Positions 8,756-19,496 of a stretch of DNA of 64,000 nucleotides are shown here, piece after piece. Both the position numbers and the translations under genes were made by a program. The notes under the pieces are model-generated. The model was not told the origin of the DNA, searched no databases, and saw only the letters and a list, made by a program, of their open reading frames with translations. The DNA is from Nitrososphaeraceae archaeon (GTDB taxonomy: Archaea; Thermoproteota; Nitrososphaeria; Nitrososphaerales; Nitrososphaeraceae), in NCBI GenBank assembly GCA_035250975.1, contig DATFEP010000067.1, positions 44,144 through 108,143 on the forward strand, written 5' to 3'. Positions within the stretch are counted from its first letter, which is position 1, and each line of letters begins with the position of its first letter.

Positions 8756-10213
8756 TTAGTAGGATTTTGCAAAAATAACAACATGTTTTGAGGTCTTTTT
8801 ACAGAATATACAAAGAGCATTTTCGTCTTTTTCCTTTGAATCAAAAGGAATTATCCTGATATCTGCACCGGTATCGTTTTTTATCTTATTTTCGCAATCT
8901 TCATTTCCACACCAAGTGGATAATATAAAACCGCTATTCTTATCTAATTTATCTCTCATGTCATCGTAACTTGAAACTCTATGGAAATTATTCAGCTGAA
9001 ACTGCAACGCCTTATCATACAATGCTTTTTGAATATCAGATAGAATAGTAGTAAGAATTCTTATTAAGTCCTTTTTTCTTTCAATAATTAATTTCTCTTT
9101 TGTATCTCTTCTGACAAGTTCTAACTTTTCGTTATTTATATCCCTTGAACCTAGATTAATTCTAAGAGGTATCCCCTTTATTTCCCAATCATTGAACTTC
9201 CATCCCGAAGTATATTCATCTCTTGCATCCAGGTAACTTTTCAATCCTCCAGATACCAATTCCTTTTGCAAATTTTTTGATTCTTCAATTACAAAGTCTT
9301 TATTGTTATTTTTATAAATTGGTACGATAACTATCTGAATAGGTGCAATATTTGGAGGTAAAATTAAGCCTTTGTCATCTCCATGAACCATTATTAATGC
9401 GCCTATTAATCTCCAGGACATTCCCCAAGAAGTTTGCCATGCAAAATATTGCTTGGAATCCTTTCCAAGAAATCTAATCTCGAATGGTTTCGAGAAATTT
9501 TGTCCTAGATTGTGAGATGTCGCCATTTGTAAGGCCTTGCCATCAGGCATTATTGATTCGAGGCTGGTAGTATACGAAGCCCCAACGAATTTCTCTTTTT
9601 CAGTCTTTAAACCTTTGACTGTCGGGATAGCAAGATAATTTTCTATTAATTCTTGGTAATATCCTAAAATTAGTAAAACTTCATTTTCGGCATCGGTACT
9701 AGTTTCATGGACAGTATGTCCCTCTTGCCAAAGAAATTCAGAATTTCTTATGAAAGGTTTTGTAGATTTTATCTCCGCTCTCAGAGCAGAATTCCAAAAA
9801 TTTATTTTTAAGGGCAGGTCACGATGACTCATTATCCATTTTGAAAAAATGTTATAAGCTAAAGTCTCTGAGGTTGGACGAACGGCTAATTTATCTGAAA
9901 GATTATTGTTCCCAGCCTTTGTAACCCAAAATACTTCTGGAGTAAATCCAGTAAAATGGTCTTTCTCTTTAGAAAGAAGACTTTCTGGAATCAATATAGG
10001 TAAAAAACCATTTTCATGTCCAGATTCTTTTAGCTTCTTGTCAAGAATCTCTTTGATATTTTCCCAAATTCGATATCCATAAGGTCTAAGAATAATGAAT
10101 CCCTTAACTGGAGAATAATCAACTAACCCGGATTTGGTAACCGCTTGTGTGTACCATTCAGAAAAATTATCATTTTTTTTTACAGTTATTCCGATTTCCT
10201 TATAATCTGACAA
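8756..10213 (-). CDS. proS: Prolyl-tRNA synthetase (archaeal/eukaryotic type)
   Basis: NFSEWY, RPTSET, EFLWQEGHT, TSWGMSWR, C-terminal FAKSY. Confidence 0.97.
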   Translation of the reverse strand: MSDYKEIGITVKKNDNFSEWYTQAVTKSGLVDYSPVKGFIILRPYGYRIWENIKEILDKKLKESGHENGFLPILIPESLLSKEKDHFTGFTPEVFWVTKAGNNNLSDKLAVRPTSETLAYNIFSKWIMSHRDLPLKINFWNSALRAEIKSTKPFIRNSEFLWQEGHTVHETSTDAENEVLLILGYYQELIENYLAIPTVKGLKTEKEKFVGASYTTSLESIMPDGKALQMATSHNLGQNFSKPFEIRFLGKDSKQYFAWQTSWGMSWRLIGALIMVHGDDKGLILPPNIAPIQIVIVPIYKNNNKDFVIEESKNLQKELVSGGLKSYLDARDEYTSGWKFNDWEIKGIPLRINLGSRDINNEKLELVRRDTKEKLIIERKKDLIRILTTILSDIQKALYDKALQFQLNNFHRVSSYDDMRDKLDKNSGFILSTWCGNEDCENKIKNDTGADIRIIPFDSKEKDENALCIFCKKTSKHVVIFAKSY

Positions 10214-10258
10214 ACATTCATTCCTCTTTTAAAGAGCTTCCAATAATCATTTTAAAAA

Positions 10259-10570
10259 TTAAAGTGGTTCTCCACGGCAGTATACCTTCCCAGATATCCT
10301 ACTATTGAAATTTTTACAAACATAACATGGTATAAAAGGCACTTCTTTTTGCAATACCGGACAATCAACTGATTCCATTTTCATCCTTTTAAGCATTTTT
10401 GGACTAACTCCCTTTAATTTTAGTTTACCTTTGTCATCCATCATACCAATTCCCTTTAATTCATTTTTAACGTCATCAGTTAATCTAGAACTTTTTTCCG
10501 ATAATTTTATAGGTACTATGAATTTTGTTTCAGTATCGACATTATTGTTAGAATTTGAATCTTCCATCAA
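10259..10570 (-). CDS. Small hypothetical protein with Cys cluster
   Basis: 103 aa; DCPV...PCYVC...VYC; upstream of proS. Confidence 0.65.
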   Translation of the reverse strand: MMEDSNSNNNVDTETKFIVPIKLSEKSSRLTDDVKNELKGIGMMDDKGKLKLKGVSPKMLKRMKMESVDCPVLQKEVPFIPCYVCKNFNSRISGKVYCRGEPL

Positions 10571-10677
10571 AATATTTTTCCTTCAATAGAATATATTTGA
10601 TTTCCTCATCAAAATTGTTTATGAAAAAAATAGAATTACTTTTTATATTATAACTGCTTTAAAACACTATTAACGAA

Positions 10678-11874
10678 TTGAATTCAGACCTGATACCGTG
10701 TAACAATAGTATTGTATCTGAAATTCTTCGAAAGTGTTTTGAAAAAAAAACTCTATCAAAAGATGAAATTCTTTTATTATTAGAATCAAAAGAAGATCGT
10801 TCTTTATTCCATGTTGCTTCCTTTCTGAAGGAAATTTATAAAAAAAAGACGATAACCTACTCAAGAAAAATTTTCATCAACATCACAAATTTATGTAAGG
10901 ATTTTTGTTCCTATTGTACTTACAGGAAAGATCCTTATAATCAACAAGCAGTCATGATGTATCCAAATGAAATATTGGAATTGGCAGAGAAAGGAAAAAA
11001 ATGCAAGTGTACTGAAGCTTTGATAGTTTCAGGAGAAAGACCAGAAGAGCGGTATAAAGAAGCAAAAGATTGGTTGAGATCATTAAATTTTAAGTCTACT
11101 GCTGAATATGTTAGCAACATTTCAGAAAAAATAACTAAAAAAACCGGATTGCTTCCACATTCTAATTTGGGAAATGTATCCAGAGATGAGATGAAAATGT
11201 TAAAAGATTATAATGTTAGTTTGGGATTAATGTTGGAGTCTTCAACCTATAGATTAAGAGGGAAAGGGATGGCTCATGAATACGCACCAAGCAAGGATCC
11301 AGGAATCAGGTTAGAAACAATTGAAAATGCAGGTATATTAAAAATTCCTTTGACTACAGGGATATTGATAGGTATAGGAGAGAATATTGAGGAAATAATA
11401 GACTCGATTTTGTTAATTGGAAATATTAATTCAAAATTTGGTCACATTCAGGAAATTATCCTTCAAAACTTTAGGCCAAAAACTAATACGAAAATGCATA
11501 ATATGCCCCCTCCAGAAGATAATCTTTTTTTGAGATTGGTTGCAATATCACGAATATTATTGCCTACAATGAATATACAAATTCCACCTAATTTATCTCC
11601 ATTAAACTATAACTCGTTTATTGATGCTGGAATTAATGATTGGGGAGGTATTTCACCTGTTACTGTTGACCACGTAAATCCAGAATTTGCTTGGCCTGAT
11701 ATTAAAGACATAAAAAAAAATACTCAATCAAAGAACCAAATTTTGAGAGCTAGATTACCTATTTATCCCGAATTTATAAAAAAAGAATTCATTAATCCAA
11801 CTCTAGAAAATTATATAGATAATCTAATGGATGAAGAGGGATTAGTAAAAGAGGATTATTTAAATGAATTTTGA
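10678..11874 (+). CDS. cofG: FO synthase subunit 1 (radical SAM)
   Basis: TYSRKIFINITNLCKDFCSYC; IQIPPNL; NDWGGISPVTVDHVNPE. Confidence 0.95.
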   Translation: MNSDLIPCNNSIVSEILRKCFEKKTLSKDEILLLLESKEDRSLFHVASFLKEIYKKKTITYSRKIFINITNLCKDFCSYCTYRKDPYNQQAVMMYPNEILELAEKGKKCKCTEALIVSGERPEERYKEAKDWLRSLNFKSTAEYVSNISEKITKKTGLLPHSNLGNVSRDEMKMLKDYNVSLGLMLESSTYRLRGKGMAHEYAPSKDPGIRLETIENAGILKIPLTTGILIGIGENIEEIIDSILLIGNINSKFGHIQEIILQNFRPKTNTKMHNMPPPEDNLFLRLVAISRILLPTMNIQIPPNLSPLNYNSFIDAGINDWGGISPVTVDHVNPEFAWPDIKDIKKNTQSKNQILRARLPIYPEFIKKEFINPTLENYIDNLMDEEGLVKEDYLNEF

Positions 11875-13108
11875 AAGTATTCAAAAATACATTGACCCAG
11901 TAATTTCAGAAATTTTAGACAAAGCATTGGACAATAAAGAAATTACTATTTCTGAAGTACTAGAATTACTCGATTGTAAGGGAATGGAAATGAATATGTT
12001 AATTGCTGTTGCAAATTATCTTCGTAAAAATAAAAATGGCGATGTGGTTACATATGTTTTGAACAGAAATATTAATTTCACTAACGTTTGCATCAAAAGA
12101 TGTGGATTCTGTGCTTTTAGTAGAGATTTTAGACAAGAAGAAGGATATTTTTTACCAACTGAAGAAGTTATTAGGAGATCAAAAGAAGCATATCAATACG
12201 GAGCAACAGAAGTTTGCATACAAGCTGGACTACCTCCCAAGATGGATGGAAATCTATACGTGGAATTATGTAAATCAATTAAAAAAGAAATCCCCAATAT
12301 TCATATTCATGCTTTTTCACCAGAGGAGATAATGTATGGAGCTCATCGTTCAAATATTTCAGTAAAAGAATATCTAAGTAGGCTAAAAGACGCAGGACTA
12401 GATAGCATTCCAGGAACAGCTGCAGAAATACTTGACCAAGAGATTAGAAATATTATTTCACCTGGAAGAATTTCTGTAAAAGACTGGATTGATACAATAA
12501 AAACAGCCCACTCCATTGGAATCCCATCCACCTCGACAATTATGTATGGGCATATTGAATCTCACAAACACATAGCAGAACATTTGCAACTAATAAAAAA
12601 CATACAAAAGGAAACTAGAGGGTTTACGGAATTTGTTCCCTTAAGCTTTGTTCATACTGAAGCACCAATGTTTAACAAGAATTTAATAGACAATATAAAA
12701 CCGGGTCCAGATGGAGCGTATGTATTGAAAGTGCATGCTGTATCGAGAATTTTCCTTAATAACTATATAAATAACATACAGGTTTCTTGGGTAAAGGAAG
12801 GTCCTAGGATGAGTCAAATCTTGTTAGATGCAGGAGTGAACGATTTTGGTGGAACATTGATAAATGAAAGTATTTCTACATCCGCTGGTGCAAATAATGG
12901 ACAAATATTAAAACCAAAGAATATCAGAAAAATAATTCACAGTGCTGGAAAAATTCCAGCACAGAGAACTTCAAGATATAAAATCATTAAAAAATTCTGT
13001 GAAGAAGACTATGATGACGAAGAGCTATTGGATAAGGTTGACGCCGAATCGTTTGGATCATACCAAGAATTAATTAAATTAGATAAGTTCAGATTCAGGA
13101 AAGAGTAG
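11864..13108 (+). CDS. cofH: FO synthase subunit 2 (radical SAM)
   Basis: NRNINFTNVCIKRCGFC; PGTAAEIL; NIQVSWVK; DFGGTLINESIS; overlaps cofG. Confidence 0.95.
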   Translation: MNFESIQKYIDPVISEILDKALDNKEITISEVLELLDCKGMEMNMLIAVANYLRKNKNGDVVTYVLNRNINFTNVCIKRCGFCAFSRDFRQEEGYFLPTEEVIRRSKEAYQYGATEVCIQAGLPPKMDGNLYVELCKSIKKEIPNIHIHAFSPEEIMYGAHRSNISVKEYLSRLKDAGLDSIPGTAAEILDQEIRNIISPGRISVKDWIDTIKTAHSIGIPSTSTIMYGHIESHKHIAEHLQLIKNIQKETRGFTEFVPLSFVHTEAPMFNKNLIDNIKPGPDGAYVLKVHAVSRIFLNNYINNIQVSWVKEGPRMSQILLDAGVNDFGGTLINESISTSAGANNGQILKPKNIRKIIHSAGKIPAQRTSRYKIIKKFCEEDYDDEELLDKVDAESFGSYQELIKLDKFRFRKE

Positions 13109-13243
13109 TTAAACCTCTTAAAACTAAACTAGAAAATTTATATATATCGATCTACTAATAGCATTTTCATTTCAAGTGCAAACATCATATTTCTAAAATA
13201 AGAATTGGTAAGATTTATCAATAGTAATAGATTTTCATAAATT

Positions 13244-14938
13244 TTGTATAAATATATGAATAATTCTCTAAAAAATTCTTTCAAATGGAAAACATTGCAA
13301 CATAATGGAGTTGCTTTTCCTCCAGATTATTCCTACAAGGCAATAAAAATTGGGATAAAAAATGATCAATTTCAATTAAATAAAGACCAAGAAGAATTGA
13401 TATATGCTTGGGCAAAAAAGAAAGATTCTCATTATATTCGAGATAACGTATTTCAAAAAAACTTCTTAAAAGATCTTAAAAAATTATTACCTAATAGATT
13501 TCAATACATAAAAAATATTAGCGATATTGATTTTTCTGAGGCTTTCGGACTAGTCGATGAAGAACAAAGAACAAAATATCTAGAGAAGGAAAAAATCAAA
13601 TCATTACCTATAGAAGAGAAAAAAAAATTATCAGCAGAAAAGAAAAGACAAAAAGAGTTGTTGAAAAAAACATATGGCATAGCAATAATAGATGGAGTTG
13701 AAGTGGAGGTCGCAAACTGGTTAGTTGAACCACCGGGATTGTTTATGGGAAGAGGATTACACCCTCTAAGAGGACGATGGAAACCAAGAATACGACCCCA
13801 GGATGTAATATTGAACTTGGATGAAAATTCTCCTGTTCCCGAGGGAGCATGGAAGAAAGTTGTACATGACCATACCTCTACATGGCTTGCAACATGGACG
13901 GAAACATTAACTAGTAAGAGAAAGTATGTTTGGTTACACGATTCTGCATTATTAAGACAAGATAAAGATAGAGAAAAATATGAGAAAGCAAAAAATCTAG
14001 AAAAACATGTAGAGAAAATTGAAAAGGATATAATAAATAAAATGATTAACGAAAAAGATCTTAATCAAAAAAAAATTGCAACAGTTTGTTATCTCATATT
14101 AAAATTAGCTATGAGAGTTGGCGACGAAAAAGATACTGATGAAACTGATACTGTAGGAGCATCAACTTTAAGAGTAGAACATATTAAATTTCCTGAAACA
14201 GATGATGGAAGAAAATTCATACAATTTAATTTTCTTGGCAAAGATAGCGTACCATGGCAAAAAACCATTGAAATAAGTTCCGTAGACACAAACACATTAT
14301 ATGAAAATCTACGATTTTTTATGATAAATAAACAGAAGGATAGTGAAATTTTCGACAATATAAACTCTGCAAAGGTGAATTCTTTCTTAAGGAATATTGA
14401 TCCTAAAAATGTTCCCGGATTGACCGCAAAAGTATTTAGAACATATTTAGCAACAAAAATTGTTAAAGATGCATTAAAATCGCCACCTATACAAGTGAGT
14501 AAAAATTCATCTGAAATCAAAAAAATCTATATCTCAAAAATCGCAAATTTAAGCGCAGCTATAGAATGTAATCACAAAAAAGGAATTGATCCTAATAATC
14601 CAGCAAGTAAGAAGGCGATCGAAAGATTAGAGGAATCATTGGAAAAAAAGAAGCAGACAATTATGAATCTAAGAAATGATATCAATTTAAAAAAATGGAA
14701 AACAGAAAAGCAAAAAGAAAAGTTAGAATCCAGAATTGAAAAAATAACATATCAATTAAAACTGCAGAAGGAAACGCGTGACTACAATCTTGGAACATCA
14801 TTGAGAAATTATATTGATCCAAGAGTGATGAAGTGGTGGATGGATAGCGTAGGTCTAGATTGGAAGAAAGTATACACAACAACCCTCCAAAGAAAATTTA
14901 AATGGATAGAAACATCTGAAATATCAAAGGATGTCTAA
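13244..14938 (+). CDS. DNA topoisomerase IB (eukaryote-like)
   Basis: KWKTLQHNGV, EPPGLFMGRG.HP, AMRVG, FLGKD, TAKVFRTY, CNH, TS..NYIDPR; true start may be the ATG at 13256. Confidence 0.95.
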   Translation: MYKYMNNSLKNSFKWKTLQHNGVAFPPDYSYKAIKIGIKNDQFQLNKDQEELIYAWAKKKDSHYIRDNVFQKNFLKDLKKLLPNRFQYIKNISDIDFSEAFGLVDEEQRTKYLEKEKIKSLPIEEKKKLSAEKKRQKELLKKTYGIAIIDGVEVEVANWLVEPPGLFMGRGLHPLRGRWKPRIRPQDVILNLDENSPVPEGAWKKVVHDHTSTWLATWTETLTSKRKYVWLHDSALLRQDKDREKYEKAKNLEKHVEKIEKDIINKMINEKDLNQKKIATVCYLILKLAMRVGDEKDTDETDTVGASTLRVEHIKFPETDDGRKFIQFNFLGKDSVPWQKTIEISSVDTNTLYENLRFFMINKQKDSEIFDNINSAKVNSFLRNIDPKNVPGLTAKVFRTYLATKIVKDALKSPPIQVSKNSSEIKKIYISKIANLSAAIECNHKKGIDPNNPASKKAIERLEESLEKKKQTIMNLRNDINLKKWKTEKQKEKLESRIEKITYQLKLQKETRDYNLGTSLRNYIDPRVMKWWMDSVGLDWKKVYTTTLQRKFKWIETSEISKDV

Positions 14939-15506
14939 TCTTATTCCATGATAGAATTGATTATGCAAAGTTAAAATATATCTCTAGCACTGTTTTTCAT
15001 TTATTATATTATTTTGTATTTGGTTATCACAACCGCCTTCTAAGAAATACAACAAATGGAATAATATTTGTTACAAAGTTCAATTTTCATAAAACAATAA
15101 TCGATAATTTAGAGAATTAGAAAAACAGAATAAGAAAAATCCCAGAAATCGCTAATTATAATGTTCTTATAATAAAGTAATAATACAAGCAAGGGTGGAT
15201 ATCATTAAATAATACTTTAAAAAACTATATTCTTATAATTCTCAAAAATTAGCCAATAGATCTCGAAATATTAGCTTTAGGTATGCCACACAAATTGCCA
15301 CATTAAGCCAAACAATATCATAAATAAAAATAACAAGGAAGATAAGAAGATTGTTTAAAATCTTATATATTATTTTATAAGAATTTATATCTACTAACAG
15401 ATTTATAAAAAAAATCGCGAGAATTATCGTCATAAATGACGCGGATTTTAATATGAATAGAATATATATTACAAAAATTAAAATTTTCTTGAACGCTTCT
15501 GAGTTT

Positions 15507-15581
15507 GCCGGAGTGGCTCAGCTTGGTTAGAGCGTTCGACTCATAATCGAAAGGTCGCGGGCTCGAATCCCGTCTCCGGCA
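15507..15581 (+). tRNA. tRNA-Met(CAT), probably elongator, intronless
   Basis: GCCGGAG/CTCCGGC acceptor; TTCGA-CTCATAA-TCGAA anticodon arm; no A1-U72 or three G-C pairs of an initiator. Confidence 0.92.
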
Positions 15582-15588
15582 TTTTTTT
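15582..15588 (+). terminator. Oligo-T terminator after tRNA-Met
   Basis: T7 run immediately after the discriminator base. Confidence 0.55.
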
Positions 15589-15792
15589 AAAAAATGATAT
15601 AATTGAAAAATCTCTTAAGACTAAAGAATTACAAATATTAAATACAGAAATAAAGATAAATTGAATTATAACACTATTTGCAAAAGGACAATAGATCTGA
15701 GTCAGATTTATTGATTCTTTCTTTGAAACTTCTACAAATTTAAATCACTATTAACTATTTATTATTTATCAATATCACCAAATAGAGAATAC

Positions 15793-16470
15793 ATGAGTGA
15801 AACAGCCAATCTTAGAACAAGTAAATTTTTGATCGTACTTATCTCTTTTATAGGCTTGACTTTTTTTGTTCATGGCGGAATAACTAATAACGTTGATAAT
15901 TTAATAACCAAGATTTTTTACAATATTGGGGGACTCCATAATACCATTGATGTAATTGTAATCATCATTTCATCTCTTGGAGATCTTTTTTTAATGGTAA
16001 TAGTAGGATTAATTTTAACAATAATTAGAAGAACAAGGAGAATCGGACTGCTTGTATTGATTTCAATTGTTATCCTTTCAGTTTCAACGATGTATATTAA
16101 ACCGCTTGTAGGGAGATCTGCACCATTGGAACAATACATACCTAAATTTCATGTTCCTGATAAATATACTATCGAAAAAGACAGCATGATGCCAATTTCT
16201 AGAGACCTTTCATTTCCGTCGAATCACGCAGCTCGTGCTACTGCCTTTATAATAATAATAGGTTTCTGGTTCAATGTTCAAGAAAAGAGAAATATAGTTG
16301 CAAGAATATTATGGATATTTCCTCTATCGATAGGATTCACGAGATTATACTTGCTTCAAAACTATTTATTTGATATAGTCGGGGGTTCGCTTTATGGGAT
16401 AATAGTTGGATTAGTACTATGTAGATTAATAAAACTAAACAGAATGTCAGAGATGAATAAATTTAATTAG
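15793..16470 (+). CDS. PAP2-family membrane phosphatase
   Basis: K.LVGR..P, SFPSNH, TRLYL..NY..DI..G (the third-motif His is replaced by Asn). Confidence 0.85.
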   Translation: MSETANLRTSKFLIVLISFIGLTFFVHGGITNNVDNLITKIFYNIGGLHNTIDVIVIIISSLGDLFLMVIVGLILTIIRRTRRIGLLVLISIVILSVSTMYIKPLVGRSAPLEQYIPKFHVPDKYTIEKDSMMPISRDLSFPSNHAARATAFIIIIGFWFNVQEKRNIVARILWIFPLSIGFTRLYLLQNYLFDIVGGSLYGIIVGLVLCRLIKLNRMSEMNKFN

Positions 16471-16515
16471 AATTTTTTATCTAGTTTTTTTTATTACTTG
16501 CATTCTTTCATGAAT

Positions 16516-16857
16516 TTATTCAGAATTCATGTGTTTCTCGTATATTTCAGAATTTAGTAATAACCATCCATAATGTTGTGGGTCGTGGATGTATTTTATA
16601 TCTCTTAATATTACCTTGATCTTTCTCTTTCTCAATTCATCCAAAAAATATAATTGAATGTTCAATCCGATTTTTTTTGAATAACTATTATTTTTTTCAT
16701 TACGAGGGATGAGGATTCGGTAACTGAATTTATGTTCCTTTGCAAGTAAAATATAATCTTCCACCATGCTTTCAGTAATTTTATTTATATCTTCTTCATG
16801 AGACATCTCCACTGTTTTATAAACAGGGAAATTTCTAAAAAACAAGGAGTCATTCAT
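16516..16857 (-). CDS. Hypothetical protein
   Basis: 113 aa ORF downstream of sufU in the same orientation. Confidence 0.6.
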   Translation of the reverse strand: MNDSLFFRNFPVYKTVEMSHEEDINKITESMVEDYILLAKEHKFSYRILIPRNEKNNSYSKKIGLNIQLYFLDELRKRKIKVILRDIKYIHDPQHYGWLLLNSEIYEKHMNSE

Positions 16858-16905
16858 AAATCGAAAATAGATATCATTTTTATTTGATATACTTTTATTT
16901 AGAAA

Positions 16906-17334
16906 TTAATAAAGATCTGAATCTTTCTCCAGTTTTTGAGCTGTGTTTGGTTCTTTGTCTTCATAGTATTTGACCATGCCCATCTTTAAAACCTTTAATG
17001 ACAATAACGCGCATTTTATCCTAGCTGGACCCAAATTTGTTAGACCAATATTTTCTAAAATATCATCTTTCGAGATATCTTTTGCATTAGTTAAAGGTTT
17101 GTTAATAATCATCTCAGTCAGCATAGAAGCACTTGCTTGACTAATTGCACATCCTCTCCCATCGAATTTTATATCTTCAATATTTCCATCTTTAACCTTG
17201 AGATAAATATCAATTTGATCTCCACATAAAGGATTACTGTCGTGGATTACAACGTCAGCGTTTTCTAGTTTTCCTTTATTTCGAGGATTTCTATAATGAT
17301 CTAATATAATTTCACGATAAATATCGTCACTCAA
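16906..17334 (-). CDS. sufU: SufU/IscU-like Fe-S scaffold
   Basis: YREIILDHYRNPRN, NPLCGD, GCAISQASAS, RIKCALL. Confidence 0.93.
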   Translation of the reverse strand: MSDDIYREIILDHYRNPRNKGKLENADVVIHDSNPLCGDQIDIYLKVKDGNIEDIKFDGRGCAISQASASMLTEMIINKPLTNAKDISKDDILENIGLTNLGPARIKCALLSLKVLKMGMVKYYEDKEPNTAQKLEKDSDLY

Positions 17335-18572
17335 AGTCGAAACAACTTTATAGCTTTGTCTAAAGCATTAATAAATATATTGATTTCCTCCCGAGTGTTA
17401 TAAATGTAGAAACTGGCTCTTGATGTAGCAGACACGTCTAATTTTTCCATCAATATTTGCGCACAATGGTGTCCGGATCTAATTGCAATGCCATGATCGT
17501 TCAGGATAGTTGCAAGGTCGTGTGGATGAATATCACCCAAATTAAAAGATATAATGCCACCCCTACTTGAAAGATTAGGATCACCATATAATTTTATTCC
17601 CTTCAAACTTGACAGACACTCGAGAGCATACCTTGTCAGCTCTAATTCATGTCTACGAATATTATCCATACCAATCTTGTTCAAATAATCCAGAGCATGA
17701 CTAAACCCTATTACATCTGCGATATTTGGAGTACCACCCTCATATTTATAGGGTAAATCATTATACGTAGTTTCATATTTATGAACTTCCCTAATCATAT
17801 CTCCGCCGCCTATGAAAGGATTCATGCATTCAAGAATCTCTTTTTTGGCATAAAGGACACCGACTCCAGTTGGTCCAAGCATTTTGTGTCCTGAGAAAGC
17901 AAGAAATTCACAATCTAAATCTGTAACATCAGTTCTAATATGAGGAACAGACTGTGCCCCATCTACAAAAAATGGTATTCCAAATGAATGCGCATATTTT
18001 ATCATCGACTCTATCGGTATTATGTTTCCTAACGCATTAGACATATGACTTAAAGAAATTAATTTTACGTTATTCTGTTGAATATATGATTCCAGTTTAC
18101 TTAAATCTAAATTTCCGTTGTTATCTACATTCAAGTATTCGATTTTTGCTTTTTTTTCCTTACACAACATTTGCCATGGAACTATATTACTATGATGTTC
18201 CAACTCTGATAGAATTATCGTATCACCTTTTCCGATAGCTTTTCGGCCCCAAGAATAAGCAACAAGGTTTATAGCTTCGGTGGCATTTCTCGTAAAAATT
18301 ATTTCCTCACGTGAATGTGCGTTGATAAATTTACAAACTTTATCCCTGGTCATCTCATATGATTCGGTAGCTTCTTCCGCAATCTGGTAGACTGCCCTAT
18401 GAATATTAGCATTGTAGCTAGCATAATAATCAGAGATTGCATTGATTACAGAAAAAGGTTTCTGGGTAGTTGCAGCGTTATCAAAGTACACTAATGGCTT
18501 CCCATTAATGGTACGGGACAGAATAGGAAAGTCTTTTCGAATCTCATTTACTTCTAATTGGGATGTTTGCAT
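17331..18572 (-). CDS. sufS: Cysteine desulfurase, SufS type
   Basis: DNAATTQKP, EHHSN, SGHKMLGPTG, RSGHHCA. Confidence 0.95.
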   Translation of the reverse strand: MQTSQLEVNEIRKDFPILSRTINGKPLVYFDNAATTQKPFSVINAISDYYASYNANIHRAVYQIAEEATESYEMTRDKVCKFINAHSREEIIFTRNATEAINLVAYSWGRKAIGKGDTIILSELEHHSNIVPWQMLCKEKKAKIEYLNVDNNGNLDLSKLESYIQQNNVKLISLSHMSNALGNIIPIESMIKYAHSFGIPFFVDGAQSVPHIRTDVTDLDCEFLAFSGHKMLGPTGVGVLYAKKEILECMNPFIGGGDMIREVHKYETTYNDLPYKYEGGTPNIADVIGFSHALDYLNKIGMDNIRRHELELTRYALECLSSLKGIKLYGDPNLSSRGGIISFNLGDIHPHDLATILNDHGIAIRSGHHCAQILMEKLDVSATSRASFYIYNTREEINIFINALDKAIKLFRL

Positions 18573-18720
18573 AATATATGAATATATAACAATTAATAAA
18601 TATAAATTGATTGAAAAAAATTTTGAAAGAAATTATTTTTGATTTGCTAGAAAAAGTTTCGTAAGTATCAGTTAACAATACCTTTCAAGAATTTCAAAGA
18701 CTGCTCCTTAAAATTCATTC

Positions 18721-19182
18721 TTATGATCTGGCTTTTGTTGACCAAAATGTCCCTCCTGAATTTCTCCAATTTAAGTAATCTTTGATAATTAATTTATGAT
18801 CGAATGCGAAGTCAATATTATTGATATTATCTAATGGGATCCAGTGTAATTCTTTTGCATCATCCCCGGCGTTTGGCTCTCCTCCATGCATAATGGTAAT
18901 GAAAACAACAGTTAAAATATGTCCTCTTGGATCTCGTTTAGGATTAGAATAAACTCCAAGAATTTCAATAGGATGAATTTCTAGAGATGTTTCTTCAAAA
19001 ACTTCCCTTATTAACGCTTCTTCTACTGTTTCACCTTCATCAACAAATCCACCTGGAAGGGCAAAAGTATCCTTAAAAGGATCATTTTGTCTTTTAATCA
19101 CCAATAAAAAAGATGATTTTTGAATTATGGCATCAACTGTTGGTCTAGGATTTCTATATTCTTTCATATGACTAAATATCAA
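18721..19182 (-). CDS. NUDIX hydrolase
   Basis: PGGFVDEGETVEEALIREVFEET Nudix box; RDPR. Confidence 0.93.
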   Translation of the reverse strand: MIFSHMKEYRNPRPTVDAIIQKSSFLLVIKRQNDPFKDTFALPGGFVDEGETVEEALIREVFEETSLEIHPIEILGVYSNPKRDPRGHILTVVFITIMHGGEPNAGDDAKELHWIPLDNINNIDFAFDHKLIIKDYLNWRNSGGTFWSTKARS

Positions 19183-19227
19183 GGATTATTTTAAAAATAT
19201 TATATATAATAAGTGTGAAAGACCAGT

Positions 19228-19470
19228 ATGCAACTTTTATGGAGAGAAGAATGGCTTAAGCCTTTAATAGATTATGAGATAAGTTCTGAAGAGTGTAATT
19301 TCTGCAAAAAAAAGTTCCTAGATTTTTCTTTTGTAACCTCATGTGAATTCTGTGACATTGGGATAATGCATGATCATTGTGCGAACTCACATTTAGTGGG
19401 TACTCATTATCAGGAGTTGATAAAAAAAACAAAAAGATACAAGGAAAAACAATTACATGATTTCCAATAA
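19228..19470 (+). CDS. Small putative zinc-finger protein
   Basis: CNFC...CEFC....H..C...H; TA-rich TATA-like element at about 19197-19208. Confidence 0.65.
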   Translation: MQLLWREEWLKPLIDYEISSEECNFCKKKFLDFSFVTSCEFCDIGIMHDHCANSHLVGTHYQELIKKTKRYKEKQLHDFQ

Positions 19471-19496
19471 TGTAGAGTTTAATTAGAAATATATTT

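Noticed and set aside
14940-15500. 560-nt intergenic region with a TGCCACA direct repeat and a 63-aa hydrophobic ORF
   Set aside because: Very AT-rich; a 7-nt repeat and low-complexity ORF are not enough evidence.
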